Positions 63,986 through 64,000 of a stretch of DNA of 64,000 nucleotides are shown here, piece by piece. A program made the position numbers and the translations under genes. Positions within the stretch are counted from its first letter, which is position 1. Every line of letters starts with the position of its first letter. The notes under the pieces were generated by a model that ran no database searches, had not been told where the DNA came from, and was given only the letters and a program-made list of their open reading frames with translations. This stretch comes from Octopus bimaculoides (Eukaryota): contig NC_069001.1 of assembly GCF_001194135.2 (NCBI RefSeq), positions 34,883,979-34,947,978 of the forward strand, in the 5' to 3' direction.

Positions 63986-64000
63986 CCCGGAGCGTAAAGA

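Overview
Eukaryotic, AT-rich, microsatellite-dense, non-coding DNA from a gap-rich draft assembly (21 N-gaps, roughly 8 kb). The tRNA-derived SINE families and overall texture match an octopus genome; this taxon call is inference from recalled repeat sequences. I found no complete host protein-coding gene, rRNA, true tRNA or CRISPR array. Almost all long ORFs in the track are artefacts of microsatellites or N-runs. Supportable content: several interspersed SINE families (labelled A, B, D/E, F and G here), two 5'-truncated R4/Dong-like restriction-like-endonuclease retrotransposon ends inside a (TACA)n tract, a decayed Penelope-like GIY-YIG element with a degenerate hammerhead motif, an RTE LINE 3' relic, a minimal mariner element, a Tc2/pogo-like non-autonomous element with a nested SINE, and hAT-type MITEs. 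The most unusual observations are a set of hairpins that share a CTTCGAAG-centred core but have unrelated, self-complementary arms (53.6-54.7 kb), the microsatellite-embedded retroelement pair truncated at the same codon, modular head/tail swapping among SINEs, a repeat-and-variable-spacer minisatellite, two old local duplications, and two candidate promoter/first-exon islands.
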